In this document: positions 1 through 9,565 of the stretch, in pieces | Position numbering within the stretch: position 1 is the stretch's first letter | Layout of the letters: each line of letters starts with the position of its first letter | NCBI GenBank assembly: GCA_041484665.1 | Contig: JBGPIA010000009.1 | Coordinates: forward strand, 1-64,000 | Reading direction: 5' to 3' | Length of the DNA stretch: 64,000 nt | Source of the DNA: Candidatus Krumholzibacteriia bacterium | GTDB lineage: Bacteria > Krumholzibacteriota > Krumholzibacteriia > JAJRXK01 | Notes under the pieces: generated by a model | What the model saw: only the letters and a program-made list of their open reading frames with translations | Databases searched by the model: none | Told to the model about the DNA's origin: nothing | Made by a program: the position numbers and the translations under genes

Positions 1-77
1 GCCCCGCCCGCATCTACCGGGGCGACACCATCCTCGTGAAGGATGCGCGGCGCCCGCGGCAAAGCGCGGGCGCCTGA
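1..77 (+). CDS. 3' end of a CDS running in from the left edge, possibly ending in a LysM domain (partial)
   Basis: Frame 3 reads PARIYRGDTILVKDARRPRQSAGA* (TGA 75-77). IYxGxxILV resembles the end of a LysM motif. Confidence 0.45.
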   Translation, partial: PARIYRGDTILVKDARRPRQSAGA

Positions 78-161
78 GCGGTCATGCCCGACCGCGTGTC
101 TCGTCGCCGGACGACAGGCGCCCTCCCCCTTGGCCGGGGGATGCGCGCGGCATCGTCCAGC

Positions 162-2870
162 TCAGCGCTCGGACATCTGCACGGGCGATGCGGCAAGCTG
201 GTCGCGACCGGTCTCGCGGCCGCTTCGCAGATCGATCTCGCCGAACGCAAGCACGCCCGTGGGGCACATCTGGACGCAGGCGCTGCAGCGCACGCATTCC
301 ACATCGGCCATGGGCAGCCCCTTGTTGGCGAAGTTCATCACGTCGATGCCCTGGTGGCAGACCGACGTACAGACGTTGCACGAGATGCACTTCTTCTTGT
401 CTGCCAGGATGCGGAAGCGCGAGAAGCGAGCGTAGACGTGCATCAATGCCGCCAGCGGGCATGCGAAGCGGCACCACATGCGTCCGCTGAAGTGGAAATA
501 GAGGCCCACGCCCAGGATGCCGGCCAGCAGCAGGTCCACCGACCAGACGTAGTTGAGGAAACTGAAAGGGAAGACCAACGCTGCGCCGTTGGCCTGTTTC
601 CCCTCGAACGCGGCGCGGAACGCCTGATTGACCCATCCGTCCCCGGGCGACAACCAGCCGATCGCCCGCAACACCAACAGCACGCAGGCCAGCACGAGGA
701 TCACCTGGCCGAGCATGTTAAGCCGGTTCCAGCGTGGTCCGTGGGGCATCTTCTTGCGGTGCGCGTCACCCAGCGTCTCGGCCAGCGCGCCGCAGGAGCA
801 GATCCATCCGCAGTAGGCTCCCTTGCCCCACTTACGGATGATGAGCGGGATCAGCACCGCGGTCTGCAGCACGCTGATCGCCAGCCATACCCACAGTGGC
901 TTGCCCGTGAACACGTTCCAGAAGAACAGCGGCCAGGCCAGCACGAAGCCCAGCGAGCGCCAATACTCGCGGCCCTGCGGATCCCATTCGCTGATGGGGA
1001 AGAGTTGGTTGGCAAGCCAGCCGCCATATGCGACGCGGCGGAAGGCGGCGCGACCCTCGGACAGATCGAGCACGACTTCGTTCGGCGGAGTCCCCGCAAC
1101 ACCGCCGCCGAGAATGCGGAGGGCGAGCCGATGTGGGCCTCGCGCTTCGATGGAGTAGCCTCGCCACGCGCGCCAGCCTGACGCGGGAACCAACCGGGCG
1201 ACGATGCGCCCGCTCTCGTCGGGATTGATGAGCCTGCTCTCGTCGAATCTCGCATGCGGATGCTCCTGGAGATAGCCGCGCCAGGACTCGACCTCGTCAT
1301 GGCGCAGGGGCTCACTCTCCCACCATTCCCCAAACCCCCCATTGTGTCCCGCCCACGGCAGGATCACATACGGCAGCAAGAACAGCGGCACCACCTGGAT
1401 CGCCATCAGCGTCATCGTTTGCGCGCGCACGTACGGTGTCTTGCGCCGCCGCATGCGCCGAATCCCGAAGATCACCACCACCACGCAGTATGCCAGCGAG
1501 TAGTAGAAGCTTGGCTGGGTCATCGAGATGCCGAGCGTGCCGCCCAGTGTGCTCGGGTCCAGCGGTGGCTGCAGCCCGAACGGGAACCAGTGGCGCTGCT
1601 TGAACCACTCGTAGACCGGGATTCCAGCGCTGGTCTTCCAGTGATAGAGGAACACGCAGAACAGCAGGACGGCGGCCAGGCTCAGTTTGCGACGCGCGCT
1701 CCACTCGCCCTGGATCGGGACGCCGGACCGGCGGAAGAAGTCCAGCGGTGCCTCGCGGCCAATCATCGTGAACACGGCGTCATTGGGCAGCGTCTGTATG
1801 GCGCCCTGCACATCGGCGACGCGCACCTCGCGCTCGCCGACTGCCACGACGCGACTGGACATCATCACACGGACGCTGCCCCGCCCGCGGCGCTCACCGA
1901 CGAAGGGGCCGGCAGCGGTGGTGGGCATCTGCGAAGCGTGCCGTGCCAAGGTCGCGGGCGTCGTCGAGTCGGCGAGTAGAGCCTGCAGCCGCTCGAGGTT
2001 CTCCGGTTTGGGGCGGCTGAACTCCGCCTTGCGATACGACACCGTCACGCGGCCGCCGCACGCGGCGATCGCGATTGCCGTTTCCAGCGCGCTATCACCG
2101 CCGCCCACCACCAGCACGTCCCTGTCACAGAAGTCTTTGGGGTCGTGCAGGCGATTGTAGACCTTCGGCAGGTCCTCCCCCGGCACGCCCAGCCGACGGA
2201 AGTTTCCCGACTGCCCGATGGCCACGATCACGCGCCGGGCGAGCAGCGGTTGGAACTCCGCCACGGCCCCAGTCCCAACGGCGTCGACGGGCGCCAGCAC
2301 GACCTCCAAGAGCTTCCCGTGGCGCCGTACCCGCTCCGCGCGCGCGATGCGCGGTACGATGCCCGCCGCGCGCGCCTGATCACGCAGCTCATCCAGCAAC
2401 CCCTCCTTGACGCTCGAACGCTGCGTGAACTGCAGCTCGCCCGCCGGGGTCATTTCGGTCGGATACGTGAAGATGGGCTTCGCCTTGGGGAAGTTGACGA
2501 TCGTGGAGAACGGCTCGGAGGCCTCGAGCACGACCAGCGAGATCCCCGCCTTGCGCGCCTGCAACGCCGCGGCCATCCCGGCCACGCCGCCGCCGACGAT
2601 CGCCAGGTCGTAGACCGGGCTCGCATCCCGCCCGGATGGCGCCGACGCACGCTCCGCTTGGAACGCGCAATCGGCCAGGATCGTCTGCACGGCGCGCGCG
2701 CCCGTATCCGAAGCGAATTTGAGTAGGGGGACGCCCGTGAGGTCCCCGACCACGAAGAGACCTGGGATGTTGGTGGACCCGTCGAGGCGCACCATCGGCA
2801 GGCGCTCGACTTTGCCCGCGGGCCACCCCGTGTGCAGCCAGCGCGTGTAGCGCCGAACCCAGCCGATCAT
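162..2870 (-). CDS. FAD/NAD(P)-dependent oxidoreductase (TrxB/YpdA-like) fused to a NapH/MauN-type membrane polyferredoxin domain, 902 aa
   Basis: Rossmann motifs IVGGGVAG and VVGGGDSA; TNIPGLFVVGD motif; several TM segments; CGWICSCG and CRFACP motifs; two 4Fe-4S motifs CISCNVCTSVC and CVRCSACVQMCP; GGAGG upstream of the ATG. Confidence 0.85.
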   Translation of the reverse strand: MIGWVRRYTRWLHTGWPAGKVERLPMVRLDGSTNIPGLFVVGDLTGVPLLKFASDTGARAVQTILADCAFQAERASAPSGRDASPVYDLAIVGGGVAGMAAALQARKAGISLVVLEASEPFSTIVNFPKAKPIFTYPTEMTPAGELQFTQRSSVKEGLLDELRDQARAAGIVPRIARAERVRRHGKLLEVVLAPVDAVGTGAVAEFQPLLARRVIVAIGQSGNFRRLGVPGEDLPKVYNRLHDPKDFCDRDVLVVGGGDSALETAIAIAACGGRVTVSYRKAEFSRPKPENLERLQALLADSTTPATLARHASQMPTTAAGPFVGERRGRGSVRVMMSSRVVAVGEREVRVADVQGAIQTLPNDAVFTMIGREAPLDFFRRSGVPIQGEWSARRKLSLAAVLLFCVFLYHWKTSAGIPVYEWFKQRHWFPFGLQPPLDPSTLGGTLGISMTQPSFYYSLAYCVVVVIFGIRRMRRRKTPYVRAQTMTLMAIQVVPLFLLPYVILPWAGHNGGFGEWWESEPLRHDEVESWRGYLQEHPHARFDESRLINPDESGRIVARLVPASGWRAWRGYSIEARGPHRLALRILGGGVAGTPPNEVVLDLSEGRAAFRRVAYGGWLANQLFPISEWDPQGREYWRSLGFVLAWPLFFWNVFTGKPLWVWLAISVLQTAVLIPLIIRKWGKGAYCGWICSCGALAETLGDAHRKKMPHGPRWNRLNMLGQVILVLACVLLVLRAIGWLSPGDGWVNQAFRAAFEGKQANGAALVFPFSFLNYVWSVDLLLAGILGVGLYFHFSGRMWCRFACPLAALMHVYARFSRFRILADKKKCISCNVCTSVCHQGIDVMNFANKGLPMADVECVRCSACVQMCPTGVLAFGEIDLRSGRETGRDQLAASPVQMSER

Positions 2871-2970
2871 GCGCGGGCCTCCGGGACGGACGTGCGCGCG
2901 CCACGGGGTTGAAGCCTGCCAGCACCCCGGCGAGCCGCCTGCGAAGCGTCGCTTGAACGCCCCGAAATGT

Positions 2971-3096
2971 CTATCGGGTTCCCTTGCGCTTGGGGACCTG
3001 TGCGCCCGGGCGCTTACGGGCCAGCGCTGCGGCGATCCACGCCTTCAGGTATTCCTTCTGCAGGAACTGGAAGCCGAGCAGCTTCGCAGCAGCCAT
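2971..3096 (-). CDS. Small basic protein, 41 aa (MAAAKLLGFQFLQKEYLKAWIAAALARKRPGAQVPKRKGTR), absent from the ORF track
   Basis: ATG at 3096, TAG at 2973-2971. Purine-rich RBS GAGGGGGG just upstream; mostly G/C third codon positions; possible -10 TAAACT at 3206-3201. Confidence 0.55.
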   Translation of the reverse strand: MAAAKLLGFQFLQKEYLKAWIAAALARKRPGAQVPKRKGTR

Positions 3097-3372
3097 GACA
3101 GACCCCCCTCATGGTGAGCGAGCGGCGGAGGGAGACGGCGGTCCGGGCCCCAGGGGCGCTGCGTCATGACGCACGGACGCCGTGGTCGGGCGCGTTGGCA
3201 AGTTTATGACAATAGAATCGCGCCCACCGGGAGGGCTGCGCCACGGATCATGCAAAGCTTTGACAATTTGTTGATCTTCGCGCACGAAGCCAGCGAGAGC
3301 GCGCTGAGGGACTCACGACCGGCACGACGCGACACGCCGCAAATCGCGATCCTGTCGGTACGACGCGACCGC

Positions 3373-5775
3373 CTACCGTACGACGACGATCTTGCCGGCG
3401 CGCCGCTCGCCGCCGAACTCCAAGATGCTGCTGTACACGCCCGCCGCGACGGGCCGGCCATGCTCGTCGCGCCCGTTCCACTGGGCGGCGTGCTCGCCGG
3501 CCTGCTGCTCGCCGGTGACGAGAGTGGCGACGCGCCGCCCGCGCGCGTCGTAGATGGACAGGCGCACCGTGCCCGAGCGGCCCAGCGTGTAATGGAAGCT
3601 GGTCTGGAAGCCGAAGGGGTTGGGGGTCGCGGGCGCCAGCCGCGCCCCTGGGCCGGCCGCTCCCACGGCTGGGGGAGCGGCCACTGGCGGACCCTTGAAC
3701 ATCGTGAATCCATCGAAGGTTCCGCCTGCAGCAGGCAGGAAACGGGCCTCCAGTCGGTCGCCGTCCACATCCACCTCCAGCGAGCCCAGCACGTTGAGCG
3801 AGGCAACCATCACGGGGTGGTTCAGCGTGCCACCCCCCATGAAGCTGGCGCTGCCAGCTACCACGTACACCGCCCCGTCGCCGTCGGGATGGCCGGCCAC
3901 GGGCTTCCGGTACGCCCCATCGCCCCCGAGCTGGCCGTTGCCCGGATCCAGCTTCATCCATGGCTTGAGCGAATCCGAGACGTCGTACAGCCCGTGCAGC
4001 AGGCACGAGCGCTCGTAGGCGTGGCTGTGGCCGCACAGCACCAGGTCGACGCCGCCACCCTCGAGGATGGGCAGGGCGTTCTGGCGCATGTCGCGCATGC
4101 GGCCTCCGCTGTCCGTCGAGTCGTCCGAATCGTGCGAGCCCTTGCTGTACGGTGGGTGGTGCCAGTAGGCGATTTTCCATTCCTGCGTGGTGGCAGCCAG
4201 ATCGCTGGCCAGCCACGTCAGCATCGCCCCGCCCGGCGAGCGGTCGGTGCCTTCCGAGTCGAGGCAGAGGAAGTGGATGTTGGAGTAATCGAACGAGTAG
4301 TAGGCGGCGGTGCCCGACGGCAGCCCACCCGCCTCTCCCGCGGTCGGCATCGTGAAGATGTCGTAGTAGTCGTTGCTACCCCCCGCGTAGAGGAACTCGT
4401 GGTTCCCGCGGGTCGGCCACAGGACCGTCGAGCGGAGGACTGTGGGGAACATGTCGAACACCGCGGCCTGGTACTCGGCGTCGGTCCCGTTGAAGTAGGC
4501 GTTGTCACCCAGCATCAGCCAGACGTCGGTGGGCCTCCCCGCGCTCCTGGTGAGGTACGCGTCGCGCACGCGCGCCACGTCGGCGCCGGCACCGCCGCTG
4601 CCGCCGCCAGAGTCCCCAATCGCCCAGATGCGCGTCGGCTGGCGCGTGCCCACCACGGGCGCGGTCGCAAACGTCGTGGTGGCGTCACCTCCGGCCAACG
4701 TCTCGGCCGTCGTGCCCACCGAGTAGTAGTAGCGCGTGCTCGGGGACAGCCCGGTGAGGACGACCTGGTGCTCGGTCGTCAGCGCGGCGTCATCGGCGTA
4801 GAAGCTCAGGATCGCCACGCTGATGCCATAGCGGACGCGGCTGTCGGTGGGCGCGTCGGTGCGCCAGCGCACGATCACGCTGGTCGGAGTGCCGACCTGC
4901 AGGTAGGGGCCCCGCGCAACGATGGTGGTTCCGTGGGCCGGGTGCGCAGGCGCGCCGACAGCGCTGAGGGCCGCCTCGATCAAGCCCAGCTCGGTCGCTT
5001 GCAGCGCGGTCTCTCCCCGCTCGGTCGTGCGCAGCTCGCTCGCGCCCACCTTGGTGACTCCCCCGCTCGAGCCGAGGTCGCTCACCTCGGCGATCGGGCG
5101 GCTCCTCCAGCCCGCGATCGAGGCCGGCCCTGCATTCGCGCTCGTGCCCGCAGGCGCCCCGGCCGTGGTGTCGAGCTCTGCCAGCGCCTTCCGCAGCGCG
5201 ATCGCAGGGCCCAGGCGCTCGATGCCCCGGCGCAGAGTCGCAGCGGCCCGCGCCCGCTCCCCTGTGCCGATCGGCGCCAGCACTTGGGCGAGCTCCAAGT
5301 AGTCCTCCGGCGTGGGGCGCGCGCTCAGCGGCAGGGCACGCTCCAGCTCGGTGGCAGCCTCAGGCCCGCGGCCCAGTGCCAGCAGGGCTCGGCCGTGCCA
5401 CCGCAACCCCGTTGCGTTCGCAGGCGCCCGGTCGAGAAAAACGCGCAGCTCTGCCTCGGCTTCGGGCGCATGGCCCGCTTGCAGCTGCAGCACGCCCCGG
5501 CACAGCGCCACCGCCGCCAGCTGCGGCTCGAGATGCTCGGCCCGCGCGTAGTCGTCCTGCGCCGCCTGCAGCTCGTCGTGCAGCCGGTGCAGCTCACCGC
5601 GCTGCAGGTACAGCGATGCGTCCAACGGGTGCGCGGCGATCTGCCGCGACGTCTCGGCGATCTGCTCGTGCAGCGTTCCGTGGGCAAGCGCCGGCGATGC
5701 CGCCCCCGCGCCCAACGCGGTAGCAGCGATCCACGCGATCAGGACGAGCAGGGGAGGTCGGACCGTCGTTTCCAC
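3373..5775 (-). CDS. Secreted TPR + purple acid phosphatase-type metallophosphoesterase with C-terminal FlgD-Ig/T9SS-like domain, 800 aa
   Basis: Signal peptide (ALA-HG); helical TPR-like repeats; RGPYLQ and PAP N-terminal domain; metal motifs GDSG, GDNAY, GNHE, HHPPY, GHSHAYER; C-terminal PNPFG...IYDARGRRV...WNGRD...GVY. Confidence 0.85.
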   Translation of the reverse strand: METTVRPPLLVLIAWIAATALGAGAASPALAHGTLHEQIAETSRQIAAHPLDASLYLQRGELHRLHDELQAAQDDYARAEHLEPQLAAVALCRGVLQLQAGHAPEAEAELRVFLDRAPANATGLRWHGRALLALGRGPEAATELERALPLSARPTPEDYLELAQVLAPIGTGERARAAATLRRGIERLGPAIALRKALAELDTTAGAPAGTSANAGPASIAGWRSRPIAEVSDLGSSGGVTKVGASELRTTERGETALQATELGLIEAALSAVGAPAHPAHGTTIVARGPYLQVGTPTSVIVRWRTDAPTDSRVRYGISVAILSFYADDAALTTEHQVVLTGLSPSTRYYYSVGTTAETLAGGDATTTFATAPVVGTRQPTRIWAIGDSGGGSGGAGADVARVRDAYLTRSAGRPTDVWLMLGDNAYFNGTDAEYQAAVFDMFPTVLRSTVLWPTRGNHEFLYAGGSNDYYDIFTMPTAGEAGGLPSGTAAYYSFDYSNIHFLCLDSEGTDRSPGGAMLTWLASDLAATTQEWKIAYWHHPPYSKGSHDSDDSTDSGGRMRDMRQNALPILEGGGVDLVLCGHSHAYERSCLLHGLYDVSDSLKPWMKLDPGNGQLGGDGAYRKPVAGHPDGDGAVYVVAGSASFMGGGTLNHPVMVASLNVLGSLEVDVDGDRLEARFLPAAGGTFDGFTMFKGPPVAAPPAVGAAGPGARLAPATPNPFGFQTSFHYTLGRSGTVRLSIYDARGRRVATLVTGEQQAGEHAAQWNGRDEHGRPVAAGVYSSILEFGGERRAGKIVVVR

Positions 5776-5939
5776 GATGTCCTTCTTCTTCCCGGAGCTG
5801 GCTGCGGATCAGGAGGGGAACCCTACCAGCGTAGCGCACTCGCGCGGAGCGGCACAATGGGCGCGCCGCTCGCATCCGCGGCGTGCCACGGACGCCTCAC
5901 GGCGCCCAGATGACCGTGGAACGCAAAGATCCCGGTGGG

Positions 5940-6557
5940 TCAGGGAGCCGATTCCCGCGCCATCTGCTCCAGCGTGATGCGAGGACAGAGATTGCCGCGG
6001 ATGCAGTCGAGCAGGCTGCCGGCTACGGAGCGGACGCGTTGCTCGATGACGGGATCGAGGCTCCGTCCCTGAGCGTCGAACACCTTGTTCACCCCCGGCA
6101 CCGACACCGTTGCGGGCAGCACGATCGCGCCGACGTGCGAGCAAACGCTGCGCAAGTGCTCCAGGGCCTTGACCGCGCCGATCTGGCCGGAGGCCACGCC
6201 CAGCAGCGCCACCGGCTTGGTCGCCAGCGCGCAGGGGAAGCCGAGATTCTCGATCACCAGCTTGATCACGCTGCTGTAGCTGCCGTGGTACTCCGGCGTT
6301 GCCAGCACCACGCCGGTCGCGTCGGCAACGATCTGCCGCAGCGATTGCGCCGCTGCCGCTCGCTGCGGATCGCCGGGCGCCAGTCCGGGCAGCGGCAGCC
6401 GCAGTCCCGCTGGATCGATCACCGTCAGATTGACGCCCTCTTGCTTGCGCACCTCGTCGGCCACCAGCGCGAGCGCCTTCGCCGTAGAGCTCCCGGGGCG
6501 CACGCTCCCCAGGATGGCCACAATGCGGATCGCGGGCGGCTGCGTCGGCATGGTCAT
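5940..6557 (-). CDS. NAD(P)H-dependent FMN reductase (flavodoxin-like fold)
   Basis: GSVRPGSST phosphate loop; TPEYHGSYSSVIK motif; KPVALLG. Start placed at ATG 6557, which follows GGAGG. Confidence 0.9.
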   Translation of the reverse strand: MTMPTQPPAIRIVAILGSVRPGSSTAKALALVADEVRKQEGVNLTVIDPAGLRLPLPGLAPGDPQRAAAAQSLRQIVADATGVVLATPEYHGSYSSVIKLVIENLGFPCALATKPVALLGVASGQIGAVKALEHLRSVCSHVGAIVLPATVSVPGVNKVFDAQGRSLDPVIEQRVRSVAGSLLDCIRGNLCPRITLEQMARESAP

Positions 6558-6728
6558 GCCCAGATCCTCCATTCCAGCCAGCCCCGGCCAGGCGACGGCC
6601 CCCAGGCTGCAGTGTGCCCGCTGCAGTGCCCCGGCCGCGATACGCCGACGGCAGTGCCCCGGCCGCGAGACGCCCGGCGCAGTTCCCATGCCGCGGCGCC
6701 GCGCCCGTCGCGGCGGGCCTGCCGGGGA

Positions 6729-7511
6729 TCAGCTCATCGCGAGTCCCAGCGCACGCAGGGCCGCGCGCAACGCTGCGGCCACAACGATGGCGAGCAGGAC
6801 GCTGGTCAGCGTCCCGATCAGGAAGTACTCCGCGAAGGCCTTCTCCTCCATCTGCTTGTGGCGTGCGAGCGCCTTGGCCGCAAGCACGAAGCCCAAGGCG
6901 GCATACGCTTCCTTGACCAGGAACGGCAGCAGGACCCAGCGCTCGAGCACGCCGATCAGCTCGCCGGCACCGCGCCCCACCTCGCCCGAGGGCTCGTTGC
7001 CGCCGTGTCCCGTCGCCGGCGCGCGGCCTGCCAGCGAGACGACGGCGCGGCAGATACGGGTGGCCGGCTCGAGCAGCAAGAGCCCCGCGACCGTCCACAG
7101 TGTCAGCGCCACCGGTGGACGCGGCATCCCCGCTGCCACGCGGACCCACCGCCACGCGCCGCCACTCAAGAACATCGCTTGCGCGCAGAGACCGACCGCG
7201 GCGAGAGCCAGTCCGAGGGCCGCACGCGCAGGGGCGGCCTGCACGACCAGAGGGCGCCACGTCGCGACCACGCAGGCCGCGCAGAGGACCGCTGCCGCCA
7301 GCTCGAGGGCGGCCACCGGGGCTGCCGCGCTTGCCCGGGTCGCAGGGGCCGCCGCGGCCCCGACGCGCGGCCCGACCCACAGCGCGAGGAGGCCCGCGCC
7401 GAGCACGGCTGCCGCCGCGGCCAGGACCGCCGGCAGAAGGCTGCGCCGGCCGCGGGCGAACGGGAGCGCGAGCAGTGGGGCGATCAGTGACGCGAGCGCC
7501 CAGGCGTTCAT
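6729..7511 (-). CDS. Membrane protein, DUF3307-like
   Basis: Hydrophobic; C-terminal G.LIG.LER...GF.LAAK.LAR...AEY.LIGTL.S pattern; ATGA overlap with the SatD-like gene, a common neighbour of this family. Confidence 0.7.
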   Translation of the reverse strand: MNAWALASLIAPLLALPFARGRRSLLPAVLAAAAAVLGAGLLALWVGPRVGAAAAPATRASAAAPVAALELAAAVLCAACVVATWRPLVVQAAPARAALGLALAAVGLCAQAMFLSGGAWRWVRVAAGMPRPPVALTLWTVAGLLLLEPATRICRAVVSLAGRAPATGHGGNEPSGEVGRGAGELIGVLERWVLLPFLVKEAYAALGFVLAAKALARHKQMEEKAFAEYFLIGTLTSVLLAIVVAAALRAALRALGLAMS

Positions 7512-8182
7512 GCGGCCCCCTTCCAGCGGGACTCGCTCACTGTCTGGAGCAGTCCCCGCTGGAGCGCGGGCTCGACGAGGCCGTACAGATCCCACCCGGC
7601 CGCGTGATGCCGCTGCGTCACCGCTCCCTGCGTCACCCCGAGCCGCTGGGCCGCAGCTTTCCAGCTTCCCAGGCGTTCGTGCAGGTCGATGGCCGCCCGC
7701 TGCGGCTCCGTCCATGTGCGCCGCTGGCGCAGCAGGGCCGACGCCAGCAGGCTCCACAGGTCGTCGTGGTCTGGATTGCCGGCGATCATCCAGCACTCCA
7801 GTCGGCGTGACCGGGCCAGCTCGAGCGCCTTGCGCGCCCGGTGGAAGCAAGGGCCGTCCATCCCAATGGCCTCGGCGCGCAGCTCGGTGCTCAGCTCGCC
7901 GACGCCCAGACCGAAGCGCACGGCGAGCGGGCGACAGGCCCGCGGGACGTCGCGCAGCATCGCGATGGTGGCGTGGGCACCCTGCTCCGACACGTGGAGC
8001 AGGGCCTGGAACTCGTCACCCAACGTGATCAGCGGGCGGGCGGCGATCCCTTCGGCCTCCTGCTCGCCGAGCTCGCGCAGCGCCGCGTGGAGGCTTGTCT
8101 GCACGGAGGCTCGTGCCTGCCCCTCCAGGCGTCGTGAGGCAACCAGGTCCCCGATCAGGGCGATGTGCGGCTCATGGTTCAC
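7508..8182 (-). CDS. SatD family protein with C-terminal HTH
   Basis: IALIGDLVASR, ITLGDEFQ, RFGLGVG and MDGPCFHRAR motifs; C-terminal AAAQRLGVTQGAVTQR HTH. Confidence 0.85.
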   Translation of the reverse strand: MNHEPHIALIGDLVASRRLEGQARASVQTSLHAALRELGEQEAEGIAARPLITLGDEFQALLHVSEQGAHATIAMLRDVPRACRPLAVRFGLGVGELSTELRAEAIGMDGPCFHRARKALELARSRRLECWMIAGNPDHDDLWSLLASALLRQRRTWTEPQRAAIDLHERLGSWKAAAQRLGVTQGAVTQRHHAAGWDLYGLVEPALQRGLLQTVSESRWKGAA

Positions 8183-8410
8183 GGCTCACCAAGGTTTAAG
8201 CTAACGCCTAAAGTTTGTCCAATCTTGGTTCCAGACTGAACTCAGGACTCCCGGAGGGGTTCACCAGAATTCGGCACTGCTACCTGTCCAGCGAGCTCTG
8301 CGCCGGCCACCAGCCGCCGATCACAGGCCGCCGGGCAGCGTTTAATATAGTTTATATACTAAATTCAATAGAATATACTGCAATAGCTAAATCTCATAGC
8401 AGCTCACACA

Positions 8411-9121
8411 TCACGGCAGGTCGAAGATCAAGACCTCGCTCTCGGCACCCGGTTCCCCCAGCCCCCGCAGTCGTAGCCGGGCCTCTGCCTCGACCGCAGC
8501 CCCGTCACCGGGTTCGAGCCGCTCCCCGTTGAGTGCCACCGGCCCGCTCACGGCCTGCAGCCATGCGAAGCGCCCCGGCGCCAGCTCGCAGACGACCTCC
8601 ACATCGCTTCCCAACAGAGACGCGAACACGGAGACGTCCTGCTGCACGCGCACCGAGTTCGCGCGGCCATCCGCAGTGGCCACGGGCAGCAGTACGCCGC
8701 GCTTCTGCGCCGCGCCGAACGTCCGCTGTTCGTAGGCGGGCGTGAGCCCCCGCTGCTGCGGCAGGATCCAGATCTGCAGGAAGTGCGCGCGCTCGGTGCG
8801 CGAGGGGTTGCGTTCGCTGTGCCTCACCCCGGTGCCCGCCGTCATGCGCTGCACGTCGCCTGGCCGGATCACCGAGCCGTCTCCCATGCTGTCCTTGTGC
8901 TCGAGCGCTCCGTCCAGCACGTAGGAGAGGATCTCCATGTCGCTGTGGGGATGCGTGCCAAAGCCCGCGGCCGGCTCGACGCGGTCCTCGTTGATGACCC
9001 GCAGGACGCGGAAGCCAACGAAGCGCGAGTCGTGGTAGTGCCCGAACGAAAACGTGTGCCAGCTGTCCAGCCAGCCGAGGTTGGTGTGACCGCGCTCCCG
9101 CGCGGGACGCCGCGTGATCAT
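8411..9121 (-). CDS. Pirin family protein (YhhW-like bicupin)
   Basis: GWLDSWHTFSFG, LRVINED, GFGTHPHSDMEI, MTAGTGVRHSE and FLQIWI motifs. Start placed at ATG 9121 after AAGGA. Confidence 0.92.
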   Translation of the reverse strand: MITRRPARERGHTNLGWLDSWHTFSFGHYHDSRFVGFRVLRVINEDRVEPAAGFGTHPHSDMEILSYVLDGALEHKDSMGDGSVIRPGDVQRMTAGTGVRHSERNPSRTERAHFLQIWILPQQRGLTPAYEQRTFGAAQKRGVLLPVATADGRANSVRVQQDVSVFASLLGSDVEVVCELAPGRFAWLQAVSGPVALNGERLEPGDGAAVEAEARLRLRGLGEPGAESEVLIFDLP

Positions 9122-9320
9122 CGTGCGTTCCTTCGGTGGTCCGGATGGGCGATCGGGACTGCTGGGGACCGGCTCCACGCCGGGGACTGTCGGGCATCGG
9201 CTCCACGCGCGGCTCCGGCCGGCCGTGCGCGCCGTCGTTGCTCGAGAGATCGCGAACGCGAAAGGAACGGTCAAGCCTGCGTGGCGATCGGGCCGGCGGC
9301 GAGTCCGGTGCACGGGTGGG

Positions 9321-9377
9321 CCGGCCGGCGACGGGGTCGGCCGCGAGCTTGGCAGTCCGGCCGGCGACGGGGTCGGC
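9321..9377. repeat. 21-bp direct repeat, two copies, 36-bp period
   Basis: CCGGCCGGCGACGGGGTCGGC at 9321-9341 and 9357-9377. Confidence 0.8.
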
Positions 9378-9565
9378 GGGCGGTTCAGCCGGCGGATCGC
9401 CGCACGCTCCGCTTGCGGGTCGCCGGGCCTGGCCCAGTCCCACAGTCCCCTCGCCGTGATGCGTGCTTCATCGTACCATACCCTGCGAACGCGGGTCACT
9501 CGGCGCACTCATGGCGCTGTCTCCCTCCCCCGCACTGACACACCCCACCGAGGACGGTAGCGACG

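Noticed and set aside
3166..5913. 915-aa plus-strand ORF and similar long ORFs (5883-7490, 13693-15651, 16266-18425, 40259-42859, 60231-62297)
   Set aside because: Antisense shadows of motif-bearing genes, expected at this GC content; Arg/Ala/Gly-rich with no motifs.
8215..8532. 105-aa ORF across the AT-rich patch
   Set aside because: Atypical codon usage, TTG start without RBS, and antisense overlap with pirin.
9321..9377. CRISPR array
   Set aside because: Only two 21-bp copies with a 15-bp gap, and no cas genes. The same applies to the repeat at 12684-12717.
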